Source: Oscillibacter sp. (GTDB lineage: Bacteria > Bacillota > Clostridia > Oscillospirales > Oscillospiraceae). From it: a stretch of 40,315 bases of DNA. Of this stretch, positions 1 through 8,753 are shown piece after piece. The stretch is taken from assembly GCA_022801815.1 (NCBI GenBank), contig JAAWTB010000001.1:1-40315 (forward strand), given 5' to 3'. The first letter of the stretch is position 1, and each line of letters starts with the position of its first letter. Both the position numbers and the translations under genes were made by a program. The notes beneath the pieces are model-generated. The model was given only the letters and a program-made list of their open reading frames with translations, searched no databases and had not been told where the DNA came from.

Positions 1-237
1 GTCGTTGGGGTCCTTGATGGAGACGACCTGGCCGTCCTTTTTGATCACGCCCTCCTCCGGCTGGTACAGGCCGAACAGCACGCTCATCAGCGTGGATTTT
101 CCGGCGCCGTTTTCGCCCAGAAGAGCGTGAATCTCGCCTTTTTTCAGCTGTAACGTGATATTGTCGTTGGCCACGATGCCGGGGAACCGCTTGGTGATAT
201 TCAGCATCTCAATGGCGTAACTCTGTTCCAATTTCAC
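1..237 (-). CDS. Sugar/nucleoside ABC transporter ATP-binding protein, N-terminal part (runs off the window edge)
   Basis: Manual translation: (V/M)[59 protein letters not shown]. Walker [10 protein letters not shown] of CUT2-type ABC ATPases. GGAGGAG RBS at 241-247; start is GTG 237 or TTG 231. Lies downstream of the BMP lipoprotein gene. Confidence 0.9.
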   Translation of the reverse strand, partial: MKLEQSYAIEMLNITKRFPGIVANDNITLQLKKGEIHALLGENGAGKSTLMSVLFGLYQPEEGVIKKDGQVVSIKDPND

Positions 238-292
238 AACCTCCTCCTTCTCTGTTTCCCGGAACCCTTTGCGAAAAAATAGGTTCTTGTTT

Positions 293-321
293 ATTGTACC
301 ATATCCCGTCCTGGATTTCAA
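293..321 (-). promoter_or_regulatory. SigA-type promoter for the ABC ATPase
   Basis: Minus strand reads TTGAAA-17 nt-TACAAT with an extended -10 TG. Confidence 0.65.
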
Positions 322-380
322 AGCATTTTTTGAAATTTTTCACAAAGTCGACCTTTTCTCTCCACTAGCCGGCGGCAAGT

Positions 381-413
381 AAAAAAGTGAGGACGGGAAG
401 ATCCCGTCCTCAC
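381..413 (-). terminator. Rho-independent terminator after the BMP gene
   Basis: 12-bp stem GTGAGGACGGGA/TCCCGTCCTCAC followed by T6 on the minus strand. Confidence 0.85.
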
Positions 414-430
414 AGTGCTTGAGGGGGTTT

Positions 431-1630
431 TTACTTGATGTTGCCCAGATCGTTGACCGTGATATTGGAGACGGCGGGCATAGCGGAGATGTCGTCGGAG
501 ACGGTGATTTTGCCGTCGAACATATCCTTCACCAGGGCCTTGTAATCGTCCTGGGAGAAGCCCTCGCCCCACTGGGTGGTGTCCATGGGCAGGAGGACAT
601 AGTTGGCGGAGGGATCGTCGCCGGAGACCAGGCCCAGGGCCTCGGCCTTGCCGCCGTAGTTGGCGAAGTTGCCCGCGGCCACCTCGTCCAGCATGTGGTT
701 GACCGTGGCAGCCAGGCCCTTCATGGCGGAGGTCAGGGTCACGCCCTCGCCGTAGGCGGCGTCCAGAGTGAAGCTCTGGTCCACGTCCACGCCGATGACC
801 TTGGTGCCGGGGACCTTGGCGGCCGCCTCACCGGCGGAGGTGCAGATGCCGCCGCCGCAGGCGAAGACCGCCTGGACGCCCAGGTTCTGATACCAGTTGT
901 CCGCGTAAGCGGTGATGTCGGGATCTCCGAAGAACTGGTTGCCGTAGACATACTCGACGGTGGCGTCCACGCCCAGCTCACCGGCGGCGGCGTCCACGCC
1001 CTGGACGAAGCCGTAGCCGAAGCGCTGCACGGCGGGAACCGCCATGCCGCCAAGGTATCCCAGGTGGGTGTAGCCCAGCTTCACGGCGGCGACGCCGGCC
1101 ATGTAGCCGCAGAGCTCTTCCTTATAGACGGCGCAGTACACGTTTTCGGGCACCGTGCCGCCCACGTCGCCCTCGCTGACGTCCAGGGCGATGAAGCTGA
1201 TCTCGGGATAGATGTCGGCTACCTCGGTGATAGTCTCGCCAAAGGCGAAGCCGGGCATGACGATGACATTATAGTCCTCGTCGGCGGCCTTTTCCACCAT
1301 GGCCACGCGCTCGGCGGTGGAGTCTCCGGCGGGCTTGTAGTAGGTGAATTTCACGCCGTTGGCCTCGCACCAGGACTTGCTGGCCTCGTAGGTGGTCTGG
1401 TTAAAGGACTGGTCCGTGATGTCGCCGTAGTCCGTGATCATGGCGACCCGGATGTCGGCGGCCTCGCCGCCCTGGCCTTCGCCTTCATCGGCGGGGGTGG
1501 CGGCGGGCTCCTGCTGCTCGCTGCCGCCGTCGGCGGGGGCGCTGTCGTCCGTCTTGCCGGAGTTTCCGCCGCAGGCGGCCAGGGACAGAACCATCGCCAA
1601 AGTCAGCAGGATCGCAAATAACTTCTTCAT
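431..1630 (-). CDS. BMP family (PnrA/TmpC-like) nucleoside-binding lipoprotein
   Basis: Signal peptide with lipobox LAAC; DQSFNQ, GMAVPAVQRFGYGF and IGVDVDQ motifs. Start moved to MKKLFAIL at 1630 behind a GGAAGG RBS. Confidence 0.92.
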   Translation of the reverse strand: MKKLFAILLTLAMVLSLAACGGNSGKTDDSAPADGGSEQQEPAATPADEGEGQGGEAADIRVAMITDYGDITDQSFNQTTYEASKSWCEANGVKFTYYKPAGDSTAERVAMVEKAADEDYNVIVMPGFAFGETITEVADIYPEISFIALDVSEGDVGGTVPENVYCAVYKEELCGYMAGVAAVKLGYTHLGYLGGMAVPAVQRFGYGFVQGVDAAAGELGVDATVEYVYGNQFFGDPDITAYADNWYQNLGVQAVFACGGGICTSAGEAAAKVPGTKVIGVDVDQSFTLDAAYGEGVTLTSAMKGLAATVNHMLDEVAAGNFANYGGKAEALGLVSGDDPSANYVLLPMDTTQWGEGFSQDDYKALVKDMFDGKITVSDDISAMPAVSNITVNDLGNIK

Positions 1631-1700
1631 TGGTATCAACCTTCCTTCCATATGTTCCTCCGGCCGGGGCCGGAGATCTTGGCCTTATTGGGCCAAGCCT

Positions 1701-1729
1701 ATTATAACAACACCTTCCATGGATTTCAA
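1701..1729 (-). promoter_or_regulatory. SigA-type promoter for the BMP gene
   Basis: Minus strand reads TTGAAA-17 nt-TATAAT with an extended -10 TG. Confidence 0.75.
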
Positions 1730-1780
1730 GGAAATTTGCAAAATGTTTTCCTTTTGGGAAAAACGCCGGAAGCCTCTCTC

Positions 1781-2500
1781 TTACCGCCCCGCCATTTGGA
1801 CGGCGGTTTCCAGGGCGATTTCCATCATCTCCGTCAGGGAGCTCTGCCGCTCCTCGGGGGGAAGCTCCTCCTTTGTGACCAGGTTGTCGGTGACGGAGCA
1901 GATGGTCAGGGCCCGCTTTCCCGCCTCGGCGGCGGTGGCGTAGAGGCCCGCCGTCTCCATGTCGATGGCCAGCACCCCCATGGGGGCCCACTCCAGGCCG
2001 CTTCCCTTTTTATAGTAGAACACGTCGGAGCTGAGGATGTTCCCCACCGGGGGCTCCAGCCCCCGCTTCCGGGCCGCGGCCACGGCGGTTTCCAAGAGCC
2101 GGAAGTCCGCGATGGGGGCGAAGACTCCGGGGAGGCCGAAGTGGTGGGCGAAGTTGGAGTCCGTGCAGGCCCCCTGGGCGATGACCAAATCCCGGAGCTT
2201 CAGCTTTTCGCTGAGAGCCCCGGTGGTGCCCACCCGGATGATGTTCTCCACGCCGTAGAAATGGAAGAGCTCGTGGGAGTAAATGCCGATGCTGGGGATG
2301 CCCATGCCGGAGGCCATGGTGGAAACCTCCACGCCGTGGTAGGTCCCCGTCCAGCCCTGGATGCCCCGGACGTTGTTCACCAGCCGGGGATTTTCCAGGA
2401 AGGTTTCGGCAACGAACTTTGCCCGGAGGGGGTCGCCGGGCATGAGGACGGTCTTGGCAAACGCGCCCTTGGCCGCCTCGTTGTGGGGAGTTCCGCCCAT
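1781..2500 (-). CDS. deoD: Purine nucleoside phosphorylase DeoD-type
   Basis: TPH N-terminus, MPGDPLRA, GMGIPS, IIRVGT and DMET motifs. Confidence 0.96.
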   Translation of the reverse strand: MGGTPHNEAAKGAFAKTVLMPGDPLRAKFVAETFLENPRLVNNVRGIQGWTGTYHGVEVSTMASGMGIPSIGIYSHELFHFYGVENIIRVGTTGALSEKLKLRDLVIAQGACTDSNFAHHFGLPGVFAPIADFRLLETAVAAARKRGLEPPVGNILSSDVFYYKKGSGLEWAPMGVLAIDMETAGLYATAAEAGKRALTICSVTDNLVTKEELPPEERQSSLTEMMEIALETAVQMAGR

Positions 2501-2501
2501 A

Positions 2502-3158
2502 TCAGCCCTCCAGGGCCTTCACGGCCTTGACGATACGGCTGGTGCCCAGGCGGGAGGCCCCCAGGTTGATAAAGTCCTCCGCGTCCTTCAAATCGGCGAT
2601 GCCTCCGGCGGCCTTGATTTTTACGTTGGGCCCGATGTGCTTGGCGAAGAGGGCCACGTCCTCCCGGGTGGCCCCGCCGCCGCCAAAGCCGGTGGAGGTC
2701 TTGATATAGTCCGCCCCGGAGGCGGTGACGATCTCGCACAGTTTCATTTTTTCCTCGTCGGTGAGGAGGCAGCACTCGATGATAACCTTGAGGAGCTTGC
2801 CCTTGCAGGCGGCCTTGATGGCCTTGATTTCCGCCAGCAGCTCGTCCCACTTTTGGTCCTTCACCCAGCCGATGTTAATGACCATGTCCACTTCTTCCGC
2901 CCCGTTTTCCACGGCGTCCGTCGCCATGAAGCATTTGGCGGCGGTGGTGTCATAGCCGTTGGGGAAGCCGATGACCGTGCAGATGGGCAGCTTGCCCTGG
3001 ACATACTCCGCCGCCTGTTTTACATAGCTGGCGGGGATGCAGACGCTGGCGCACTGGTACTTCATTCCATCGTCGCAGATGGCCTTGATTTCCTCCCAGG
3101 CAGCTCCCTGGGCCAGGAGGGTATGGTCGCATTTCCTAAGAATTTCCTTCAGTTCCAT
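2502..3158 (-). CDS. deoC: Deoxyribose-phosphate aldolase
   Basis: [40 protein letters not shown] and RLGTS motifs. Start at MELKEIL behind AAGGAG. Confidence 0.97.
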   Translation of the reverse strand: MELKEILRKCDHTLLAQGAAWEEIKAICDDGMKYQCASVCIPASYVKQAAEYVQGKLPICTVIGFPNGYDTTAAKCFMATDAVENGAEEVDMVINIGWVKDQKWDELLAEIKAIKAACKGKLLKVIIECCLLTDEEKMKLCEIVTASGADYIKTSTGFGGGGATREDVALFAKHIGPNVKIKAAGGIADLKDAEDFINLGASRLGTSRIVKAVKALEG

Positions 3159-3220
3159 TTCAGCGTTCTCCTTTACCATTCAATCGATCATCCCGCCGCG
3201 GGAGAGAGGTCTGCCTTTTT

Positions 3221-3285
3221 ATTGTAGCAGACTTTCCCCGTTTTGTCCAGCCGCCCTTGCAAAACTCGGTCCGGTGTGCTACAAT
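3221..3285. promoter_or_regulatory. Back-to-back divergent SigA promoters (deoC on minus, protease on plus)
   Basis: Minus: TGGACA(3249-3244)-17-TACAAT(3226-3221). Plus: TTGCAA(3257)-17-TACAAT(3280). Both have an extended -10 TG. Confidence 0.7.
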
Positions 3286-3315
3286 ATGGCGAATATCCTG
3301 AATGGAGGTTCCCCC

Positions 3316-4533
3316 ATGAAAAAACGATTTCTCGCTCTGTTCTGCGTCCTGACCCTGCTTCTGGGCGCGGTTCCCTCCGCTGCCGCCCTGGAAGGGGAAT
3401 CCCGCCGGGCAGCCGAAACTCTGGCCTCTCTGGGCCTCATTGCCTCCGTCCCCTCCCAGGAGGCTCTGGAAGCCCCGGCCACCCGCCTTCAATCCACGGA
3501 ACTGCTGGTGCGCTTTGCCGGCGTCACCTCCGCCACGCGGGAGGTCAGCGTCCAGGAATACGCGGTCTCCCAGGGCTGGGTTACCGTCACCGGCGGCCAG
3601 CACGAGGCCGTCCCCTCCTCCGAGTTCTGCGCCGCCCTGCTGCGCCAGCTGGGCTATGAGGGCTTTACCGAGGAGACCGCCGGGCTCTTCGCCCGCCGGA
3701 TTGCCCTGACCACCCGGGATTATGCGGAGACGCTCAGCCTGGGGGACCTCTACCAGCTGGTGCGGGACGCCCTGGCCTTCCCCAACCGGGAGGGGGTGCC
3801 CGCCGTCCGGAAGCTGGAGGAAGCGGGCCTTTGCACCCAGGCCCAGGCACAGGCCCTCTTCCCGGAGGAGCTCACCGCCCGGCAGGTGGCCGACCGGCAT
3901 ATGGCCGCCGTCTTCCGGCTGGACACTTACTATACGGAAGAGGCCTATGAAAACGACGTGCGAAGCAACGGCGGAAGCGGCTTCTTTATCTCCTTCGACG
4001 GCTTGGCCGTCACCAACTACCACACCATCGACAGTGCGGTGCGGGCCACCGCCAACCTCATTACCGGGGAGTGCTTTGAGGTGGAGCGGGTGCTGTTCTA
4101 TGATACCGAGGCGGATTTGGCCCTCCTCCGGGTCTCCAGAACCACCCGGGACCAGAAGACCACCGTCCCCTCCTTCTCCTTCCTGGAGCTGGCGGAGGAC
4201 CCCGCCCTGCGCCGGGGAGATCCGGTTTACACCCTGGGCGTGCCCCTGGGCCTCACCCTGGCCATCAGCGACGGCATCGTCAGCGCCACGGACCACGAGG
4301 TGGAGGGATACACCTTCCCCTGCGTCATCAACACCGCCGATATCTCCCACGGAAGCAGCGGCGGCGTGCTGATGAATGTCTATGGCCGGGTAGTGGGCGT
4401 TACCACCGGGGCCTACTCCGCCGGAAACAATCTGTACATCTCCGTCCCCCTCATCCCGATTTTGTCGGCAGACTGGACTGCGGAGGGCGTCACGCTGGCA
4501 GAGGTGGCCGAAGAGGCCCGGGGCTCCCGGTGA
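3316..4533 (+). CDS. Secreted trypsin-like (S1C/HtrA-like) serine protease with a degenerate SLH-like N-terminal region and no PDZ domain
   Basis: Sec signal MKKRFLAL...AAA. Catalytic triad motifs GSGF..TNYH, DLALL and ISHGSSGG. GGAGG RBS before ATG 3316. Confidence 0.85.
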   Translation: MKKRFLALFCVLTLLLGAVPSAAALEGESRRAAETLASLGLIASVPSQEALEAPATRLQSTELLVRFAGVTSATREVSVQEYAVSQGWVTVTGGQHEAVPSSEFCAALLRQLGYEGFTEETAGLFARRIALTTRDYAETLSLGDLYQLVRDALAFPNREGVPAVRKLEEAGLCTQAQAQALFPEELTARQVADRHMAAVFRLDTYYTEEAYENDVRSNGGSGFFISFDGLAVTNYHTIDSAVRATANLITGECFEVERVLFYDTEADLALLRVSRTTRDQKTTVPSFSFLELAEDPALRRGDPVYTLGVPLGLTLAISDGIVSATDHEVEGYTFPCVINTADISHGSSGGVLMNVYGRVVGVTTGAYSAGNNLYISVPLIPILSADWTAEGVTLAEVAEEARGSR

Positions 4534-4571
4534 AAACGGCAGAATTCCTGGAGAATTTTCTCGAATAGCTC

Positions 4572-4600
4572 TTGAAAACGGAAAGAAACTGTGATAGTAT
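4572..4600 (+). promoter_or_regulatory. Probable SigA promoter for secG
   Basis: TTGAAA-17 nt-TAGTAT with an extended -10 TG. Confidence 0.5.
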
Positions 4601-4657
4601 AGTAAGCTGTCAAACACGCTTCACGCTTCGCGTGATTCCATTTGGAGGTAGGACATC

Positions 4658-4888
4658 TTGAAAATCGCCATCACTGTTTTGCAGCTCCTCTGCGGGCTGG
4701 GCATCATCCTTATCGTGCTGTTCCAGTCCGGCAAGAGCGCCGGCCTCTCCGGCGCCATCGGCGGCGTGGCCGACTCCTTCCTGGCTAAGAACAAGGCCAA
4801 GACCCTGGACGCCAAGCTGGCCCGGGCCACGAAATGGATTGGGGCTTTGTTCCTGATCCTGACCCTGGTGCTGCTGATCCTCGGCTAA
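4658..4888 (+). CDS. secG: Preprotein translocase subunit SecG
   Basis: 76 aa with two TM segments and the QSGKSAGLSGAIGG loop. TTG start. Confidence 0.95.
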   Translation: MKIAITVLQLLCGLGIILIVLFQSGKSAGLSGAIGGVADSFLAKNKAKTLDAKLARATKWIGALFLILTLVLLILG

Positions 4889-4895
4889 GCGAACG

Positions 4896-4935
4896 AAAAA
4901 CAGCCTCCCGGCCTGGTCCGGGAGGTTGTTTTTTT
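4896..4935 (+). terminator. Rho-independent terminator after secG
   Basis: Stem CAGCCTCCCGG/CCGGGAGGTTG followed by T7, with A5 before the stem. Confidence 0.85.
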
Positions 4936-4943
4936 AAATTCTT

Positions 4944-4983
4944 CAAACAAATGTTTGCTTTTTGCCCTTCCATGTGCTATACT
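4944..4983 (+). promoter_or_regulatory. lexA promoter with an overlapping SOS (Cheo-type) box
   Basis: Palindrome CAAAC-AAAT-GTTTG (4944-4957), a variant of GAAC-N4-GTTC. It overlaps -35 TTGCTT (4955), which is 17 nt from TG-n-TATACT (4978). Confidence 0.75.
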
Positions 4984-5026
4984 GAGGAAAACCGCTGTGT
5001 CCCGGCGGCCCTCGGGAGGTCCTTTT

Positions 5027-5617
5027 ATGGTGAAGCTCACCCATATGCAGCAAAAGGTCTATGACTATATTGTCTCCTGCGTCCAGACCCAGGGCTATCC
5101 GCCCTCCGTCCGGGAAATCGGCGACGCAGTGGGGCTGAAATCCCCTTCCACCGTTCATTTTCACCTCAAACACCTGGAAGAGGCCGGGGTCATCGCCAAG
5201 GGAGCCGGGAAGGGAAGGGCCATCACCCTGACGGAGCCCCATGCCCAGAGGGAACGGGTGCCCATTCTGGGCAATGTGGCCGCTGGAAGCCCCATTTTGG
5301 CGGAGGAGTGCATCGAGGACTACCTCCCCTTCAACGCTGGAGACCGGGAAGGGGAATACTTTGCCCTGCGGGTCCGGGGGGAATCCATGCTGAACGCCGG
5401 GATTCTGCCCGGGGATCTGGTGGTAGTCCACAGCCAGCCCACCGCCCGGCATGGGGAAATTGTGGTGGCCATGATTGAGGACGAGGCCACGGTAAAGCGC
5501 CTCTCCCTCCGGGGCGGCCAGGTCTGGCTGCTGCCGGAAAACGACGACTATTCCCCTATCGACGGCACGTATGCCCAGATTTTAGGCAAGGTGGCCGCTG
5601 TGGTGCGGCATTATTAA
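5027..5617 (+). CDS. lexA: SOS repressor LexA
   Basis: GYPPSVREIG...SPSTVHFHL HTH; VAAG cleavage site; catalytic Ser (GESM) and Lys (TVKR). Confidence 0.97.
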   Translation: MVKLTHMQQKVYDYIVSCVQTQGYPPSVREIGDAVGLKSPSTVHFHLKHLEEAGVIAKGAGKGRAITLTEPHAQRERVPILGNVAAGSPILAEECIEDYLPFNAGDREGEYFALRVRGESMLNAGILPGDLVVVHSQPTARHGEIVVAMIEDEATVKRLSLRGGQVWLLPENDDYSPIDGTYAQILGKVAAVVRHY

Positions 5618-5684
5618 GGCCGCGCCTTCCGGCGGGGACTTGGAAAGTGTTCGCTTTTTCCGCAGGCGGCGCAGAGGAACGGCC

Positions 5685-5720
5685 AAGGCCGGAGCCCTTC
5701 GAGGCTCCGGCCTTTTTGTT
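5685..5720. terminator. Terminator between convergent lexA and the flagellar operon
   Basis: 12-bp stem AAGGCCGGAGCC/GGCTCCGGCCTT followed by TTTGTT. Confidence 0.8.
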
Positions 5721-5896
5721 TACGCGTAGGTGTCGATATAATCGCCGACGCCAGGGGTGGGAGGAAGCATTTCCAGCTCACCCATGGCCTGCTGCTCCAT
5801 GTCCGACATCACGTTCTTTTGCAGCCTCATGGCGTACTCCGTCGCCAGCCGCGCGGAACTCATTTCCATGGCGGCCATGGCAATGTCATTCATCAT
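5720..5896 (-). CDS. YjfB-like putative motility protein (58 aa)
   Basis: MMNDIAMAAMEMSSARLATEYAMRLQKNVM...GDYIDTYA fits the YjfB pattern. AAGGAG RBS; overlaps the csrA stop. Confidence 0.7.
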   Translation of the reverse strand: MMNDIAMAAMEMSSARLATEYAMRLQKNVMSDMEQQAMGELEMLPPTPGVGDYIDTYA

Positions 5897-6161
5897 GGCG
5901 GGTCTCTCCTTTCTCTTGGGCTTTTTTCGGGGAAACAGGCATTCCGCCCAGCAGTCCCAGCAGTTCGGCGGGGGCCGCTTCCTCGACGGCGGAATCCTGG
6001 TTGACCAGCTTGGCGTCCAGCAGCTCGCTGCGAAGGATGGATACCTCCGGCGGAGCCGAGATCGCCAGGCGGACCCGGCCCCCTTCAATGGATACCACGG
6101 TGACCCTGATGTCCTCGCCGATGACCACCGATTCGCCGGTCCTGCGCTGTAAAATCAGCAA
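5886..6161 (-). CDS. csrA: Carbon storage regulator CsrA (FliW-antagonised type with a C-terminal extension)
   Basis: MLILQRRTGESVVIGEDIRVTV..VRLAISAP..ILRSEL, then an extension with a conserved Asn; adjacent to fliW. Confidence 0.93.
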   Translation of the reverse strand: MLILQRRTGESVVIGEDIRVTVVSIEGGRVRLAISAPPEVSILRSELLDAKLVNQDSAVEEAAPAELLGLLGGMPVSPKKAQEKGETRHDE

Positions 6162-6616
6162 GGCGCGGCCTCCTCCCCGCGGCGGAAGCCGGCCAGGGGA
6201 TGCCGCATCTCATACCGCTCCATAATCACCTGCCTGGCCTCCCGGGTCTTGGGGTGGACCACCAGGGGGCACTTCAGGTTCACTGTGCTGGCGGAAACCG
6301 GGTTCTTCACTGCGCAGAGCACGTAGAACCCCAGGTCTCCCGCCTCCTCCACACCAAACCGCCGCAGATCTCCCGGCTCTAGCTCCGGCGCGTAGTCCGG
6401 GTTCAAAGCAAAGGGGTCCAGCACCACAAAGGCCAGGGCGGGAGTCTTTACGCTTTGGAGACAGAGCATCCCCCCGCCGCTGCCCTCAAAGGGCAAAAGC
6501 AGGAACCGCTCCTCCGCCTCAAAGCCGAAGAGGCCCTCCGGGAAGTGAAGCGTGTCCCCGGCCTCGTATTCAATTTCACCAAAGTACTTGGTCTGGAGCT
6601 TCAGCGTCTCCATCAT
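6155..6616 (-). CDS. fliW: Flagellar assembly factor FliW
   Basis: TKYFGEI, FPEGLFGF, LQSV..P.LAFVV.DPF, STVNLKCP, QVIM and Y.MRHPL motifs. Confidence 0.95.
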   Translation of the reverse strand: MMETLKLQTKYFGEIEYEAGDTLHFPEGLFGFEAEERFLLLPFEGSGGGMLCLQSVKTPALAFVVLDPFALNPDYAPELEPGDLRRFGVEEAGDLGFYVLCAVKNPVSASTVNLKCPLVVHPKTREARQVIMERYEMRHPLAGFRRGEEAAPC

Positions 6617-7221
6617 GCCTTTACGTCCACCGGCTCATAGTCGGGATCGGCGGAGGGGGGGACATACAGAGGGCCGCCGATATACTTGATGATGACCTCC
6701 GCCTTCTGCTTGACATTGATTTCAATATCACCGGGGATGAACTCAAATTTTGTCTGATTCACTCGCCAGTCGAAATTCAGCTTATCCATCTCGAAGCGGA
6801 TGTTCATCTCGCCGGGGTCCCAGGTGATTTCCGGCCCCTCGCTGGGGGTGAAGGTCATGCCGGGCTGGCTGAACATCTCCTTGCTGATGGCAGTCCGGGA
6901 AAGCTGGGCCTGCACATTCTCGCCAATTTTGGCTTTCAAGTAGAGCTCTCCCTCCTGCGCAAGGGCGGCGGTGGCGCTGTAGGCGGTCTGCTGGCCCTTC
7001 TGCGCCGCCTGCTCAATGCTGCGGGGAGCCGAGGGTACAATGGACTGACGCATCTCGAAGGTGTCCACGTTCAGCTGGATGGGCCGGCTTTTAATACTTA
7101 GCCCGCCCTTATCCCGGGAGACCTCCAGTTCCGCAGTGCCCCGGGTGTACTGCAATTGTGCCCGGGACGTCCGCATCTCAATCTCGATTGGGACACTGGT
7201 GATTTCAATCAGCTGTCTCAT
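6613..7221 (-). CDS. DUF6470/YviE-like flagellar-associated protein
   Basis: Sits between flgL and fliW. C-terminal FIPGDIE..V.Q...V.I.Y.GGPLYVPPSADPDY pattern. Confidence 0.7.
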   Translation of the reverse strand: MRQLIEITSVPIEIEMRTSRAQLQYTRGTAELEVSRDKGGLSIKSRPIQLNVDTFEMRQSIVPSAPRSIEQAAQKGQQTAYSATAALAQEGELYLKAKIGENVQAQLSRTAISKEMFSQPGMTFTPSEGPEITWDPGEMNIRFEMDKLNFDWRVNQTKFEFIPGDIEINVKQKAEVIIKYIGGPLYVPPSADPDYEPVDVKA

Positions 7222-7256
7222 AGGTCATGGCGCGCTCCTTCCTCTGAAAAATAATA

Positions 7257-8732
7257 TTAGAAATTCATATAATCCATCAGGCTCTGGGAGAGGACGCTGT
7301 TGCCTACCTTCAGGGCGGCATCGTAGCAGTAGCGGGCATACATATAGTCGGTAATCGCGGCGGCGGGATCCACGTCCTCCATGGCCAGGAACTGCTGGGA
7401 AAGGGACTCCGCCGTGTCGGTGAGGATCAGGCTGTTGTCCCGGAGGAAGCCGGTTTCCGTGTCCAGCTCCGCGCGGCGCTGGATATAAAGGTCCTTCTGG
7501 TCCTCAAACTGATGGGCCAGGGCTATAAACTCCTCCTCGTCCTCTCCGGAGAAGCTGCCGTCCTCATTGCTGCACCGCTGGAGAATCTCACCCATCCGGG
7601 AGATGACGGAGACGATGTTGTTGGGGACTTCTCTGGTTACCTCCCGGGCGTCGGCTCCCTCTCCCACGGTTACCGTGATCTCTTTGGTGCCGGTGCCGCC
7701 CAGGTAGTAGATGCCCTGAAGGGCGCTGTTGAACACGGTGGAGCTGACGGCCTCGCTGTCCTTTTCCTTGTGGCCCAGGCCCACATCCAGGTTCTTGGTC
7801 TCCCCCAGGAAATAGGCCAGCTTTTTGCCGTCCTCGGTATCGGGATTGGCGTCCACGGGCACGCCCCGATAGCACAAAACAGTCTGGGCCTCGCTGGCTT
7901 TGTTGGTGGGTTCCCCGTTCGACGTCAGGTACTGGAACGCTGTGTTTTTCTCCTTGTCATAGGCGGGGTTCTCCCGGGGAATCAGCTGGGCGTCCGCCGC
8001 ATCCACAACCGGCTCGCCCTTTTCGTTCAGATACCACTCGTTCCCCACCGCGCTGGGCTGGGTAAAATCGATGTTGGGATCCGTATTCACCTTGGCTACC
8101 GTCTCCGCCTCTTCCACATTATTCGTCAGCTTGCCGCCCGCGGCCACATACTGGAACGCGCCCTGGTACTTTTCCACTTCCTCCGGCGTCAGGGTTCCGG
8201 GATTTGCCGCCTCCTCGTCCAGCTTCGCCTGGGCAATGGCCGGGTCGATATAATCGGGGTTCTCCCGCGGCTCCCAGGTAAAGGGAACATTCAGGGTGTC
8301 GGCCCCGGAGAAGACATAGTTCTCTCCGTGACGGCCGTTCATGATCTGGACCAGGTTCTTCGCCTTGGCCTCCAAGGACTGGCCCAGTGCGTTCCGGCCA
8401 GAGGCGTCCGCTCCGTTAAGTCCCCGGATCAGGCTGCCAAAAACCGGGTCGTTGGAGATGGAATAAATGTCCTGTGACCCCTCTTCCAGGGCGGACCATG
8501 CCTGGTTGTATTTGCGGTACAGGGAATCGTTCACCGTCAGCTGGCTGGCGGCCCGCTGATAAGAGCGGCGCAGCTGGAAGCAGCGGGTGGCGATGGCGGG
8601 ATCCTCCGCGTAGGAGTTGAAAGCCCGTTCGGTCATGACCGTGTTCATGGCCTTGCTCATGGTGTTGTTGGACCGGTTCAGGTCGTAACGGTAGTTTTTC
8701 AGCGTACCAACGGTGGTCATTCTTGGAATCAT
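7257..8732 (-). CDS. flgL: Flagellar hook-associated protein 3 (FlgL), divergent, with an insertion
   Basis: Flagellin-like N-terminus (AEDP, NGRHGENYVFSG) and C-terminus (EDVDPAAAI..Y.AALKV...LSQSLMDYM). Directly downstream of flgK. Confidence 0.88.
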   Translation of the reverse strand: MIPRMTTVGTLKNYRYDLNRSNNTMSKAMNTVMTERAFNSYAEDPAIATRCFQLRRSYQRAASQLTVNDSLYRKYNQAWSALEEGSQDIYSISNDPVFGSLIRGLNGADASGRNALGQSLEAKAKNLVQIMNGRHGENYVFSGADTLNVPFTWEPRENPDYIDPAIAQAKLDEEAANPGTLTPEEVEKYQGAFQYVAAGGKLTNNVEEAETVAKVNTDPNIDFTQPSAVGNEWYLNEKGEPVVDAADAQLIPRENPAYDKEKNTAFQYLTSNGEPTNKASEAQTVLCYRGVPVDANPDTEDGKKLAYFLGETKNLDVGLGHKEKDSEAVSSTVFNSALQGIYYLGGTGTKEITVTVGEGADAREVTREVPNNIVSVISRMGEILQRCSNEDGSFSGEDEEEFIALAHQFEDQKDLYIQRRAELDTETGFLRDNSLILTDTAESLSQQFLAMEDVDPAAAITDYMYARYCYDAALKVGNSVLSQSLMDYMNF

Positions 8733-8753
8733 ATGGTTTCTTCCCCCTCCTTA

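Noticed and set aside
303-410. 10-bp repeat ATCCCGTCCT (303-312 and 401-410) as an antiterminator
   Set aside because: The second copy is transcribed after the terminator U-tract, so it cannot compete co-transcriptionally; likely chance.
4540-4570. CodY-like boxes upstream of secG
   Set aside because: About five mismatches to AATTTTCWGAAAATT; not supportable.
7257-8732. Possible flagellin
   Set aside because: Position after flgK and the SLMDYM C-terminus fit FlgL; conserved flagellin terminal motifs are absent.
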